Below, in pieces: positions 1 to 13,228 of a stretch of 64,000 nt of DNA. The position numbers were made by a program, and so were the translations under genes. Under the pieces are notes generated by a model. The model had not been told where the DNA came from and made no database searches. It worked only from the letters and a program-made list of their open reading frames with translations. This DNA comes from Rozella allomycis CSF55 (lineage: Eukaryota), in NCBI GenBank assembly GCA_000442015.1, contig KE561167.1, positions 1 through 64,000 on the forward strand, written 5' to 3'. Positions within the stretch are counted from its first letter, which is position 1, and every line of letters starts with the position of its first letter.

Positions 1-557
1 TTCTCCTTGAACATATGATACGCAGAAACCAACGACGCACTAGCAACCCCGCCACTACGGTCCACAATCGCCTGCTTATAGTATCTCTCCACAGACTGCA
101 TCATACTCGCATCGCTAATCTTGCTCAGCGCCCTTATAGCATTCGACTTGTACATCACCTCGCCGCGCGAATTCATATCCTTCATCAACGAACTCGTAAC
201 CATTATCACATTCTCACTCAGGCGCGAAAGCTCCTTGATGGCTATATACACAAGCCGTCTCAAACTATTCTACTTTACTTAATCACCCCCTCTTACATCA
301 TTCGACTGGAAAAGCTTCGTCACACTGAAAAACGCATCAGTCGCCTCCACACTCGAAATCGGCTGCCCTGAAAGCATCAAAGCTATCAGCTTTGTCAGAA
401 TCATGCTGCAGCGACGCGCTCGGATTGGCGTTTCATTGAACACTCGGCATTCTTGCAGAATAGTGCTCTTGTCAAGCGCAAAGTATTCTTCTGGTTTTAT
501 TTAGAGGGTTTAATTGTTACCGATTCCACCTGCATTGTCTTCGTCCTTTTTTCTCAT
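1..557 (-). CDS. SEC21: Coatomer gamma subunit (gamma-COP), intact 5' part, runs off the window
   Basis: Manual minus-strand translation MRKKDED...ALDKSTILQECRVFNETPIRARRC...FFSVTKLFQSND...LRRLVYIAIKELS...VIMVTSSLMKDM matches the gamma-COP N-terminus; two small introns. Confidence 0.9.
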
Positions 558-1140
558 GACGTGCGATTGAAATTGACAGGGGTTGGATTATTGTTGTCAA
601 TATTTGGTGACACATTGCTGGTAGGTTAATAATTAAATTTAAAATTATAATGAATATGAAAGCAGTTGCATTGTGGATTTGTAGTTTTATTTGAATTCTA
701 ATTGAAATTTGTCGCATTCAGATTCTGTCGTAAGCAGAAAACATATATCCTTTTGTTTTTTTTAAAAAAAACAAAAAATCAAGTTTTCACATTAAATCAG
801 GGCTGGGGAAACAATTAATGTATTGTGATTAAATCAACGGAATTCTGCTTTATTGCGCAATATGTGATAGTTCGAAATTTGAAAAGAATAAGAATATGCG
901 ACGGTTTTCTTACAAATCTTCAAAACTAATTCTATTTAAATATCTATGCCAGACTTCTACTTCTTAGAATCATTGATGTATTCCTTTTTGCTAATGCTTT
1001 AATCTGAACCTGTGGACATACTTTCGATATTTGGCCAGTCCATTTCGTTCGAATGTGGTGCGATTGATGCGTTTTACGGTGTGACGAAGCTTTTCCAGTC
1101 GAATGATGTAAGAGGGAAGTTTCAGGTAAAGTAGAATAGT

Positions 1141-3470
1141 ATGAGGCGGCTTGTGTATATAAAGTCGAATGCTATAAAGGCGCTGAGCAAGATTAGCGAT
1201 GCAAGTATGATGCAGTCTGTGGCGAGATACTATAAGCGGGCGGTTGTCGACCGTAGTGGTGTGTCGCTGGTTTCTGCGTATCATATGTTCAAGGCGAATA
1301 GGGATGTGATTAAGCGATTGGTGAATGAGGTGCAGAAGGCTGTTGGCAATTCGAATGCGAGTGTGCAGTATCATGCGATTGGGCTGATGTATTTGATTAG
1401 ACAGCATGACAAGCTGGCGTTGAATAAGTTTGTGAATTATTTTGGAAAGAATGCGATTAGATCGCCGCATGGGTATGTGATGGTGATTAGGATTGCCAAG
1501 CAGGTGATGGAGGAGGAGCGGGATGCCGAGTAAGATGTGGTTTGGTGGATGAGTAGGATAAAGATGGGGATGTTTAAGATGATTGAGGGGTGGTTGAGAC
1601 ATGGGAATGATATGGTGTCGATTGAAGCAGCCAAGGCTATTTGTGAGTGGAGTGAAGCGACGCCGAAAGAGTTGTTTGGGGCTGTTGCAGGTAAAGTGGG
1701 TGAAGTTGGGGTGATTAGTGTTGCAAGTGTGTTTGAGTAGTGGAAGATCTGCGTTGAGATTGGCAGCGATTAGAATATTGAATAAATTGGCTGGGAAGCA
1801 TCCATTGACTGTTGCGACGTGCAATGTTGATATTGAAGCATTGATTAGTGATTCTAATAGAAGTATAGCAACGTTTGCGATCACAACATTGTTGAAGGTA
1901 AGATGATTGTGGAAGTGTTTAGAATAAGACTGGGAATGAGAGTAGTGTTGAGAGATTGATGAAGCAGATTAATTCATTTTTTAATGAGATATCAATTGAG
2001 TTTAAGTCTATTATAGTTGAGGCGATAAAGAGTTTGTGTTTGAAGTTTCCAAAGACGCATTCGATGATGTTACCATTTCTGTTTAATACGTTGAGGGATG
2101 ATAGGGGATTGACGCATAAGACGTGTGTGGTGAATGCATTTGTAGAGATAATATATTCTATTAAAGAAGCGAGTGATGTAGGACTTGGATATTTAGCAGA
2201 GTTTATTGAAGATTGTTCGCATAGTTCATTGATAGTGAGAATATTGTATTTGATTGGTGATGTTGGGCCAAAGATGAAAGAGCCATCTAAGTATATAAGA
2301 TATGTTTTTAATCGAATAATGTTGGAGAAGGCGGTAGTGAGAGTAGCGGCTGTTGATTGTTTGATAAAATTTGCTAATGAGTGTAAAGAGTTGAAGCCCA
2401 GTGTTATTTCAATGTTGAAGAGTTGTTTGAAAGATGAAGATAGCGAAGTTAGAGAAAAAACATTAATTTATTTAAAATCAATGGAGAAGGGATTAAAAGT
2501 TGAAGAATTATTTTCATTTGATTCTTTTTATTCATTAAATGAATTAGAAAACAATTTAATTGAATATTTGGATAAAAACAATAATTGTGAAATTGATTTT
2601 TCTAGAATTCCAATGATTCCATTGAGAGAAATGAGAAAGAAGAAGAAGAATGTTGAGATTGAAGAAATTGTTAAAGAAGAAATCAAGCCAGAATTTAATG
2701 TGATGAATATTCCAAATGTAGCCAGTCTGGGTGAATGTTTAAAGACTTGTAAATCTATTCAATTAACAGAATCAGAAACAGAATATAACGTTGTTTTGAC
2801 TAAATATTTGTTTAAAGAACATTTAGTTTTGAGATTTGAAATTGTTAATACATTGAATGATCAAATTTTAAATAATGTTCATGTTGAATCAAAATGTGAT
2901 TTAGAAGATGAAATTGTTTTAATAAATTCTACAAGAATTGATGAATTGAAATTTAATGAATCAAAAGATATTTATTTGACATTTCTATTAAAGAATAAAT
3001 TCCCTTCTGCTTCATTCACAAATCTATTAAAATTTAATGTTAAAGAAATTGATCCAGACACAAATGAGCCAGAAGAAGAAGGCTACAATGATGAATATTC
3101 TTTAGAAGAATTTGAATTAAACATTTCTGATTTTGTTCTTCCAATTGAATCTAAAAACTTTGATATTGAATTCAACAATCTCAAATGTGAATTAATTGAA
3201 ACTCTTGTCTTATCTTCCATCAAAAGTATTTCTGTTGGTATTTCTGAATTAATCTCCATCTTTGGTTTATCGCCAAACAACAATTCTCAATCCATTCTTG
3301 ATCAAAATTCAAACTCTCACACTCTCTTATTGTCTGGCTCTCTATTAAACAATGAAAGAGTCTTGATCAAAATTAGAATGGTCTATCATTCCTCTGTTGG
3401 TCTCACTATTGAACTCAACGTTCATTCAAACGATGATGATATCTGTGAAGCTATAGTAAATTCAATTTAA
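1141..3470 (+). CDS. SEC21: Second gamma-COP copy, N-terminally truncated with internal deletions
   Basis: ORFs 1141-1533, 1537-1740, 1718-1906, 1956-3470 carry gamma-COP motifs ([41 protein letters not shown]); degenerate homology extends upstream to ~1035. Confidence 0.8.
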
Positions 3471-3735
3471 TAAAGTCAACTTAACCTTGCTATAATTACT
3501 TATTGTGAGTTTTTCTTTTTGATCTTCATCGTTCAGCTATCACAATTGATAAAGTAATAACATATCCCACCTTAATGATTTCATCACACCATACTTTTGA
3601 CTATTGGACTCATGCAAACGATAATGAATCAGATGATTATATAATATATTCAATTTTAATAATTAGATTTATTTATTATCTACGTGCTTCCTTGTTGTTT
3701 ATTACACTCTTTTTACAGTGGTATTACCTCGCCAT

Positions 3736-4608
3736 TTAAATTCCATCAAGGAATTCGTCTAACATTGATTCAAGGCTATTCAATTGTCCGTTATTCATAT
3801 TATTTCCTGAACCTTCTTCATCTTCTTTAACTTGCTCTTTCAACACTCTCGTCGGCATCTTTGATTCCTTGGTTTCTTCCTTTACCGCTACATCGTCATT
3901 CAAAGATAACAGAGATTCCAATTCCTCTGGCAATTCCTCCTTTATTCTCAAAACTTTGCCCTTCTTTTCAACCTTTTCGAATTTCAATTCAATATCATTC
4001 ACACTCTTCACAACATTTCTACATCCATTCGACTCCTTATTCATCAACAGCTCAATCCCATTCACACCTTTATCCATCCGAAACTCAACGCAATCTTCNT
4101 TTATCCATCCGAAACTCAACACAATCTTCGTTCATCTCCCTCTACAAAATAAAATCACTTGCACCACCTTACAATCTGATCAACCATCTCAGGGTCCATC
4201 AACACTCCCAAAAACTCCAACTCTCCAATCCCCTCATCCCCATCCTCCCTCCCAAACTCTACAGGATTCCGCAACACCAACCCATCAAACACCCTCTCCT
4301 CTTGAAACTGGAAATAATTCTTCACAGCATAATCCTGGCTCGCATTCCCTAGAAAATCCAAAAACTCATTCGTTGCCTCCTGCCCGTAATCCTTGTCCGC
4401 GTCTATTTATTTCTTAAAATTCAAATACCATAGTCAGATTCTTCCTCAAAGTACCTATCAGCGTTTGTTCCTAGGTTTTTGGGCTTCCGCTTTGGCTTTT
4501 CTTCGACTACTACCATTAATATTGTTTTGCGATCGTACGCTTGCCCTTGGCTTTTTGCTTGGCTAGATATTGTCTGGTTAGCTTTTGCTTGTATGGATCT
4601 GGCTTCAT
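3736..4608 (-). CDS. Hypothetical protein, weakly AVEN-like; spans an assembly N
   Basis: MKPDPYKQKLTRQY..., NLGTNADRY motif and C-terminal LESMLDEFL; exon structure uncertain. Confidence 0.35.
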
Positions 4609-4829
4609 CTAAAAGAATTTCTAAATTCTTAAATTTTGGGAAACTCTGAATACAGTATCAAAGCATAGCTAGAAAATAGATGAGGGTGATATGTTTTGGT
4701 ACGTGTGTATTAGATGGTAAAGGTGTAATTCTCCAATCTTCGACTTGAGTTCCTTTGCATAAATAGAAAAGAAGACTTTTATGTCGCATGACGCTCTAAC
4801 ATAATAACTTCATTTAAATATGTTTTTTA

Positions 4830-6201
4830 TTAATATACAGTGCCGCGACATGTTCTTGCCCCACAATAGCACTTGCAATCATTAATGCCAGTGCGTTTGC
4901 CTACATCAGTTTTGCGTACCTCATCAGTGCCTCTTAACCCAAGATAATCAAACAATAATTCCTCTCCAGGCTCTATATCACGCGTTGCGAAAAATGCATT
5001 CAAATGCAAATCGGGATTCGGATTATCAATTATCACAGGGACAACACGAAGATTGGGCTCGCATGAATGGTTAATAAAATGACTTTCGTTTCCATAGAAT
5101 ACTGCATCACATGTAAATGGACAGGATCCGGAAGGTTTGAAATAATCAAGATCAAACAGATACGTTCGTTGGTCTCGATTGTAACGACCTAGTCGCTCCT
5201 CGGCTTCATGCTTGGTTATAACCTCGCCAATGTAGTTTGTAACAAAGGAGCCCTTTGCAATAAATTCTCGTGTAACTAGACCCCAGCCTTTCTTTGGAAA
5301 CCGCAGTATGCATAGCTTCAAAGAGCATCCTTTCTGTACAATCCTGTTGATGCAGTCTGGTGAGCATTTGCAGCAGGAATTGCATTCATATATTACAAGG
5401 CGTTTATTATTCTTCAATCTTCTTTCTTTGTCAAACGGAAATATACCATCCGCGTAGTTTTCCTTTATACAATTGCAATCCTCCGTGCAGGAGCCTTGAC
5501 AATCACAACCAGCAAGAAATGAAACGTCCACCTTTGGGACTCCCTTTCTATGTATTGATTTTATTGTCCAAAAGAAATTTGGGGGAACTCCTTCGTCATC
5601 TACAAAGTTTATAACGTTAATGTCAACATTTGTAGAGTCGCAGATCAAATCTTTCAGTTTCTCCACCCCCGCATGTTTAAATGGTTGGCCCTATTGTAAA
5701 AATAATATTTCTCTACTTGCTCCAAAACAAGGGAATAACTTGGTGGATAATGTGGATTATCAGTTAAAACTCTTGTCAGCAATCGTCTGATTTCCAATTC
5801 CTCGTGGTTTAAATTTGATATAACGGATATTTTAGGTTCTTTTAATTTCCTGGTTGCTTTTTCTCTTTCCAGCCTTTGCTTAAGTGGATCTAATTTCTTT
5901 GTAAATTCAACGTGCTCCATTTACTGAAAAACGATCTAGTCGGCGCTCTTTTAATAAAAGAAATGACTTTAGCAGATTTTCACAGCCAACAAGATTATCA
6001 ACTGGTTCCCAAGTGCTTTGTTCCAATTCCCAACCCTTCCATTTTAACAAATATCGCGCTTCCCCATCCTATTAATCTTTAATATCCTATTATTGTTACT
6101 TGAAGTGATTCATTTAAAACACACTCTACTTCATATGCACCGTCAGGTATAGATTCAGAACTCACATCACTTTCGTCTAGATGTTCGGGTTCGGGATCCA
6201 T
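4830..6201 (-). CDS. clr4: Clr4/SUV39H-type H3K9 methyltransferase (chromo + pre-SET + SET + post-SET)
   Basis: Chromodomain YEVE...YLLKWKGW...TWEP; Cys-rich pre-SET; KGWG, FINHSCEPN, ELLFDY; post-SET CYCGARTCRG. Confidence 0.9.
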
Positions 6202-6370
6202 TGAAATTTCGGGAATGCTAAAATTTTGCTTTGTGATTATCTCCAAAAGAATCAAAAGCATGCAGGCTTTAAGAAACATTATGGCGATTAATTAATTATC
6301 TCTTTAAAAGTTGTAGAGAAAAGAGAAATTATGCTGAAGCAGAAGAAATCAATTTATTTTGCTAATGTTG

Positions 6371-7293
6371 TTAATTCGGACGGTATGAGCCAGGCTAAAT
6401 TAAAAAGCAACAAATTTGGTTACATAACCTGGTTGTCCCTGATTCGTGTTAGGATTGTAGTATCCATTTGGAGGGTTAGGGTAAGGAGCTTGATTGTTCA
6501 TTGGATATGGATACTGAACAGGAACGCCAGGATATCCAGGCTGAGGGATAGTCATTACTGGAACAGCTTGGGGCGGAACGGCATATGCTTGGGGTGGCAT
6601 TGCATAACTTGGCTGGGCCGGAGCTGGATATCCGGGATTGTATTGAGTTTGGACCATCGGTACTTGATTTGGATAAAATCCAGGATAACCAGCTTGATAT
6701 TGTACAGGCGGAGGCTGATATTGAGGCGCCATATTTGCTGGTTGTTGGGCTTGAGCTACTCCAGTGGCAGTGGCATAATTTGGCTGGGGTGTAGAATCTG
6801 GGATTGAAAAATTAAATGAAATTTTTACGGTTAATGCGTTCGAAATTGAATATTATTCTTACATCACCAGCATGTTTACCATGCTCAGTACGAAGATTTA
6901 TCCATGTATCCAACGTCCCTAATCGAACAGCATCGGCCAAATTAATGCTTCCAGACCCAATAAAGTCATCTTTCCCGGCATCTTCGTCATAGGCTTCAAC
7001 GAATAAGGCTTCAGTTCCTGTTATTACACCACTGTATTTAGAATTCACAATGAAAATTACAGGGAGATACTTTGATTCCATGTAGGATTTTTGCCACCTC
7101 CTGTGACCGTCTTTGATCTCCATTTCTGACTTCCAATTCGTAGATTAATGTATGGATCCTAAAATACAATATGAGATCAAGATACCATTTTACCAAAGAC
7201 ATCTTTATCTTTTAAACCCTTTCCTTCCATAACTAGTTATATAATTAAGTTGCTTTTACTAACAACACCCAATTTCCCTGCTGTCGTCTGCAT
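6371..7293 (-). CDS. C2-domain protein with Pro/Gln/Tyr-rich tail
   Basis: GLKDKDVFGKM/DPY...GGKNPTWN and AYDEDAGKDDFIG C2 motifs; PQY-rich ORF 6400-6732. Confidence 0.8.
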
Positions 7294-7421
7294 TTATAAA
7301 CTGTCCTGGAAACCAAACAACAAATAAACTCTGTTTTTATTAGTTTCCTTATAGAGATATTGCACCAAATAATAAAAACCTGAACACATGTGGCACGTGC
7401 TATTTCCATAAAATTCAATTA

Positions 7422-8864
7422 ATGAAGGCGATCAACCATTTCATCGTATTTTACCTACTCTCTAGCATATTTACTATATGCGATCCTTTGTGGGATGTAA
7501 ATTTAGGAAAGACAAGCATAGTATTCAAATCATCACAAAAAGAGGCAAGAAGTAAGCGCTACAATTTTAACTGAGGAAGTAATATTTTCGGTTAACGGAG
7601 CTAATGAATTTAGTGTAGTACCTAGGATGCGGGATAATGAACTTTTTCACTTTCCAGTTGTGTATCATCGACCGTTTCTTGATGGCGCATTGAGAATGCG
7701 ATTGATGTATTCTAGCTTAAATGAGGAAACATACATCGTGGAGGATAAATTTATGTGGATATCATTGACTAATGTTCTAACTGTTTTTAACTTGATTGAA
7801 GATAGCTCATTTGAAAATCATTTAATCAAAAGAACATCAATAGATATGAAAACCAAACAGGTAATCGAGCTTGAACCTTTCTATGTTGAAAATGGGCTAG
7901 TTTATATAAGAATGGTTTCAATATTTGACTCCAATAATAATATTGCCTTTCGACTACCAATGTTAATTTTACAGCACAATAACGCAAACACACATGATAT
8001 CATGCAGTTTACATTCTTTCAAAAGTTCACAACAATATTTGATTGGAGAAATCTATATCTTTCGCACAAGAACAAATTTTTCATGTCTAGATATTTAAAT
8101 ATAGAAGAGCCTGATAATTTTGTGGAAACATTGACTGAGATAGAAAAAGAAAATATTTTTAATGAGTTTTACGAAATATCTGTTAGGGGTCCCAAAATTA
8201 GCTACAAAACTTCATCTGGTTTAGGTAATATATTTTTGTAAACATGAAAGAGTTATCAATAAAGACTAACAGTCACCAAGATAATAACATTGCAGTATTT
8301 CTTTCACCTAGGAGGCCTGATAACAAAATGATGGCCATACTAGAGACTGATTATACTGTTGTGTCCATTGAAGTTAAAAATACCGAACTTTGGAATAATA
8401 TCTATATAAATGCCAAAATACTTGAAGAAGATGTCTTAAAACTTAGCAGTGTGTGGGCGGATAGGGATGTCTTCCTAATGCCAGACTGGAAAGATTCATA
8501 TATCCCTGAATCTAAAATCAAAGGATATTTAATAATACCGCCAGGTGGGACTCTCAAAGTTTTTAAGATCGAGGTATGGAAACGAGACTCCGGAGCGGGC
8601 CGAGCGGCAGGAGACCAATTGCTTTTTGTAGACCTTATGGTTGTGTTCAAAGGTTCTAATTACTTAAATGGATATACTTCTCAATATTTGAAATTCGTAA
8701 ATGATGAAATGAAGTTTAAAGTGCCAAGATGGCTGAAATACAACCCAATTACTCATGATATCAGCAAAGTTATAAACGCATCGGGTTACTTTGATAACAA
8801 TACAGAGAAAAATCAAAAACAAGAAAATGATATTAGACCGGAAAAACTGGGACCTTTCATTTAA
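7422..8864 (+). CDS. Orphan secreted protein, paralog A
   Basis: Signal-like MKAINHFIVFYLLSSIFTIC; exons include ORFs 7627-8241 and 8244-8864; shares motifs with the gene at 10805-12270. Confidence 0.65.
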
Positions 8865-9025
8865 TTAATAAATTACTTTAGTTTAATCTTTCGGCTTTAA
8901 CTAAATCAAAAACAGCAAACAATTTATATGAGAATTGAATGTTGCTGCTAACTGCTATGAGATTGCGTAAATGCTTTCACGTAATTGGTTGTATACAATA
9001 TGAATGCTCCGAAGTGGTAACAACA

Positions 9026-10697
9026 ATGTTATTTTTCAAAATAGCGATTGTGTTTCCTTTACTTTATTATCAAATATGCTGCAAGAATGTTGTCGGATTT
9101 TTTACTTCATGGAGTTCATATTCAGGTTTCAGCGTAACAGATATAGATCCTACAAAATACACTATTGTGATGTACGCATTTATGAATATCGACCCTAATA
9201 CAAATACATGTGTACTAGGTGATAGTTACATGGATGCTACCAAGATATTCCCTGGGGATAACCCTTTTTGCAATTGTTGCGCCCGCGGTTCCCTCAATCA
9301 GCTCTTTGGGTTGAAGAAACAATATCCATATTTAAAAACAATGATATCGATCGGTGGGTGGACTTGGTCTTCTAACTTCAATCCCGTATCTTCGACGTCT
9401 GCCAGGAGGCAGGCTTTTGCAGCTTCATGCATTAAAATAATGACAGACTATGGCTTAGATGGAATTGATATCGACTGGGAATATCCCTCTTCACAAAATG
9501 ATGTTCAAAATCTCATAGCTTTGCTGCAAGAATTTCGGAATCAAATGGATTCAATCGACCCTCAAAGGTATTTACTGACAATGGACTCAGCGCCCATGCC
9601 ATGGTATGGTGGAGCTTTAGATTGGCTAGAGATTTCCCAAGTTGTAGACTGGATTAACATAATGACTTACGAGTTTTCTTTAGATGATAAGCCATGGACA
9701 CGTCATAACGCAAATTTACAAAGTAATTCAGCAGATCCCAATGCGGCGATCATTCCGTACCTTTCTTGTGTCAATTCGATAAATAAGTTCATTGGGTATG
9801 GTATTCCTTCGAATAAATTAATGCTTGGAATTCCTGTCTTTGGTCGAGTATATGCAAATGTTACTCAAGGGATAAGTAATGGACTTTACCAAATGCACGA
9901 CGACGGAAACAATCCATCGATGATATCTTATAAAGACATCATAGACAGCTCTCTGGATCAAAGTTTTCAATTATATTATGATAACATATCAAAAGCGTCT
10001 TATGCATACAATAATCAATCTAAACAATTTATAACATTTGATAGTGTGGATTCTGTCATTGAAAAGTCATTGTTTGCTAATCAGCAGAACTTGGCTGGTC
10101 TGATGTTCTGGGAAATTTCTTCTGATACAAACGGAGCCAATTCTTCACTAGCATACACTGCCAGAAATAATGTTTTTGGTTTAGATCTTACAAATGACTC
10201 ATCTGTTTATGAACCAAGATCAGCATTCTGCAATATAAATGGAGGCCTTCCTGCAAGAATAGTAACTTCAACAATACTGCCGACTACGAGTACTTCGTTA
10301 AATAAGTTATCATATACCAGTACTACATTAATTTTAAGGTTTTCAATTCAAACCTCTAATACGCTTACTTCGGGTAAACAGCTTAATATTGTATCATTTC
10401 AGGTGTTTTGTCACCTAACTCTAAATCGACTGCGATTCCAATTTATAGTAATTCTGGCCAAGGTAAGAGGACTTTAAATGCCATTTAATAGGAGATCAAA
10501 TGCTCTTGAATAATATTGAAATTACAACGATAAGTGTTGGCTGCTCAATCGTTTTTGCGGCGATTTTAGGGACTATTGCTTTTTATAGGAGGCGTAAATT
10601 GAAAGCCAGAAAAATAGAAATCCAATATCATAAGAAGATTACGTTAGGCCCCACCAACGTTGTGAGTACAAAAGGGCTACTGTCTCCTAATAAATGA
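9026..10697 (+). CDS. GH18 chitinase with Ser/Thr stalk and C-terminal transmembrane segment
   Basis: Signal peptide, SIGGW, catalytic DGIDIDWEYP, GLMFWE; last exon has hydrophobic helix followed by RRRK. Confidence 0.92.
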
Positions 10698-10804
10698 ACT
10701 GGTTGATTATTGCTACAGTCTCATACATTAAAAATATTGATAAGATTTCAGATCAAAAATATGCCCACGTGTAAACTATTTTTGGAGTCTAGACCCTTCT
10801 CAGA

Positions 10805-12270
10805 ATGGAGTTCTTTTTTTGGTCACTTTTCATTATTCTATCGTATAATTTGTGTTTATGCGAACTTTGGGACTTGACCATTCATAAAGACATCGTAATA
10901 TTTCAAGGCTACGAGGCTAGTAATGAACAAACCTAGTTATTTCATTCAGAAATCATATTAGATATCTTAGAAGACAAAAGTTCTTCGTTTCAAGTCCTTA
11001 CGTTTTATGCTGATAACCAATATTATCATCTTCTTGGATTGCATCATTCACCAACTGCCGGTCCATCAAACTTGAGACTCCGATACGAGAGCGCAATTCA
11101 TTCCGAACAAATTACACTTTACGATGCAAAAATACCGTTTTCAAGTTTTGATCTTAATGATGTATTCAAATTTTTCTGGTCAGGTTCAATTGAAACTTGT
11201 GAAATGTTCTTTACAAAACATGAAGTGAATGGAAATGAATCATACAAGCTCATTCCGTTTTTAATTCCAAGAGACGAATTGCTTATAAGTGTTATTAGCA
11301 TTCAAAAGAACACAGAGAAAAAAGGGACCTTGGTTTTTCGGATACCAATTGTCGTCATACCTTACCAAATTAAAAATCTCGAAAGCCCCAGGGATTTTGT
11401 TTTTAGTCAATTTTTCTTTGGTATATTTTTCAAAGAGAACTATTTCTTCGTCAGTCCGCAAGAAAAATGGAATTCTGGATATGAATCGACTCCAAGCTCA
11501 GTAGGTTCCATCACAGATAGTTCTAGCTCTTCAACATTGATTTCACCTACGAGTATGATGGATTTCAGTGAAAGTTTCGAAATATTGATTAAACCTGGTG
11601 AAGTAATTTATAAAAACAACAATAATTTCGGTAAGAATATTGATGAATGATTTCAGAGTTGAAAGTCAAATCTCATTCCAATAAGAATGGAGCAAGCCTA
11701 TTCAAGCTTCCAAAAGATGATAGAGGTTTAGTGGCATTCGTGGATGAAGACACATCAATTTTATCTATTCATGCAAGTCATTTAAACCACAAAAAAGTGG
11801 AGGTGAATGTCTATTACATGGACATAGATTCAGTATCACTGACATCACGAGATTCACTGTCAGATATATATAGTCTGGAAGGTTGGAAAGATGGGATAGT
11901 ATATACTTTTCACAATGACAAGTCCATGGGATACTTAATCAATTCTAAGTGCCAGAGTAAAAGGCTTTTTAAAATTGAAGCATGGGCACCCGGAAACCCG
12001 AATCAGCTTCTATTTGTAGATCTACTCCTAGTTTTCGCACCAGGATTTAAAATGATGCACTTAAATGATCCATCATTTTATTTTCCCTCAAGATTGGGAG
12101 GTAATATAAAGTTATATTCATTCCGCTATCTTGTGTTCAATCCAAATACGAAGTTGATTCTACAATCAAATGCAAATTCGATAAATTCTCTTGTATATAC
12201 TTCTCAAAAACAAATTGATTTGGAAGTAAATTTGTACATGAAGGAAGAGATAGAAAAGTTGCTCACATAA
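10805..12270 (+). CDS. Orphan secreted protein, paralog B
   Basis: Signal-like MEFFFWSLFIILSYNLCLC; ORFs 11039-11650 and 11647-12270; FKIEAW...QLLFVDLLLVF matches paralog A. Confidence 0.65.
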
Positions 12271-12532
12271 TTTGATGTTATGATGCAGCATGAATAAATT
12301 AATGAGTTAAACAAGTTAGTTGTCGCATTTCCTACCGTATCTTACATTACAACTCTGCAAACTGTAAATATTTAACTTTACTATAAAGAGACCTTAAAGA
12401 TTTAACCAAAAATTTTCAGAATTGAATTTGTGTATCAAGAAATACAGTCCTCCCCCAACGCATGTGATAACTATTTTTAGTTACCACGTCTGTAACAACT
12501 AAGCCCACCATGGTACCCCTTGTTACATAAAA

Positions 12533-12946
12533 ATGATTCGTTTAATAGCCATTATATCCTTAATCGAGTTTTCTTTCTGCGCATTAATGCAAAGGCCAAT
12601 AATTCCGGTACCCCATGGGGATCACCCTTCTGCCATAAATTTGGGCTTGACAAAGGCAAAGAGCATACCAATTCCATCCAAAAGTTATAGAAGAAATATC
12701 GCTGGTTCAACAAGAGTAGTCAAGAAAGATATATTTAATATAGGCGCCCGTCGAAAATATAATGCGCCCTTTCTAGCACAAAAATCTAAACCAATGGCAC
12801 TAAGGGATTACGAAAGAAGAATGGAGACATTTAGCTATCTTAAAAGCATAGACAAAACAAAATTGAGTCCCGAAGAATTAGAGTTATTCGAAGACGTATC
12901 AAAAATTGCTAAATTAATGGAGCAGGGAAAACGGCTACTTTCATAA
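12533..12946 (+). CDS. Small basic secreted hypothetical protein
   Basis: Intronless 137-aa ORF with hydrophobic N-terminus MIRLIAIISLIEFSFCA. Confidence 0.6.
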   Translation: MIRLIAIISLIEFSFCALMQRPIIPVPHGDHPSAINLGLTKAKSIPIPSKSYRRNIAGSTRVVKKDIFNIGARRKYNAPFLAQKSKPMALRDYERRMETFSYLKSIDKTKLSPEELELFEDVSKIAKLMEQGKRLLS

Positions 12947-13228
12947 AATTACAAAGATACCGCTCAATAAATTAAATTTGAAACTGAATATTCATATGTA
13001 ATTCTCAATATTATGCAGTTTAGAACAATGATATATCCGAATTTTAAATTTATTCTTGCAAAAGTTTGTACACTATTTCAGGACAGGGACTCATTTTCAC
13101 TGGGACAAAAAATACAAGCATAAAAATTTCATAAAAAACACATGGCTAGACTATCCAAACTAGGAAATCAAAAAATTTATTGATTAAAACCTCGTTGTAA
13201 ATTTCCATCGATTGCCAACTGCGCCACT

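Noticed and set aside
991-1884. 297-aa His/Ile-rich minus ORF (also 15-371, 3861-4352, 3869-4417)
   Set aside because: Antisense shadows of real genes caused by the strong strand skew
4069-4130. Direct repeat ttatccatccgaaactcaac around an N
   Set aside because: The duplicate flanks a single N at 4099, typical of an unmerged contig overlap
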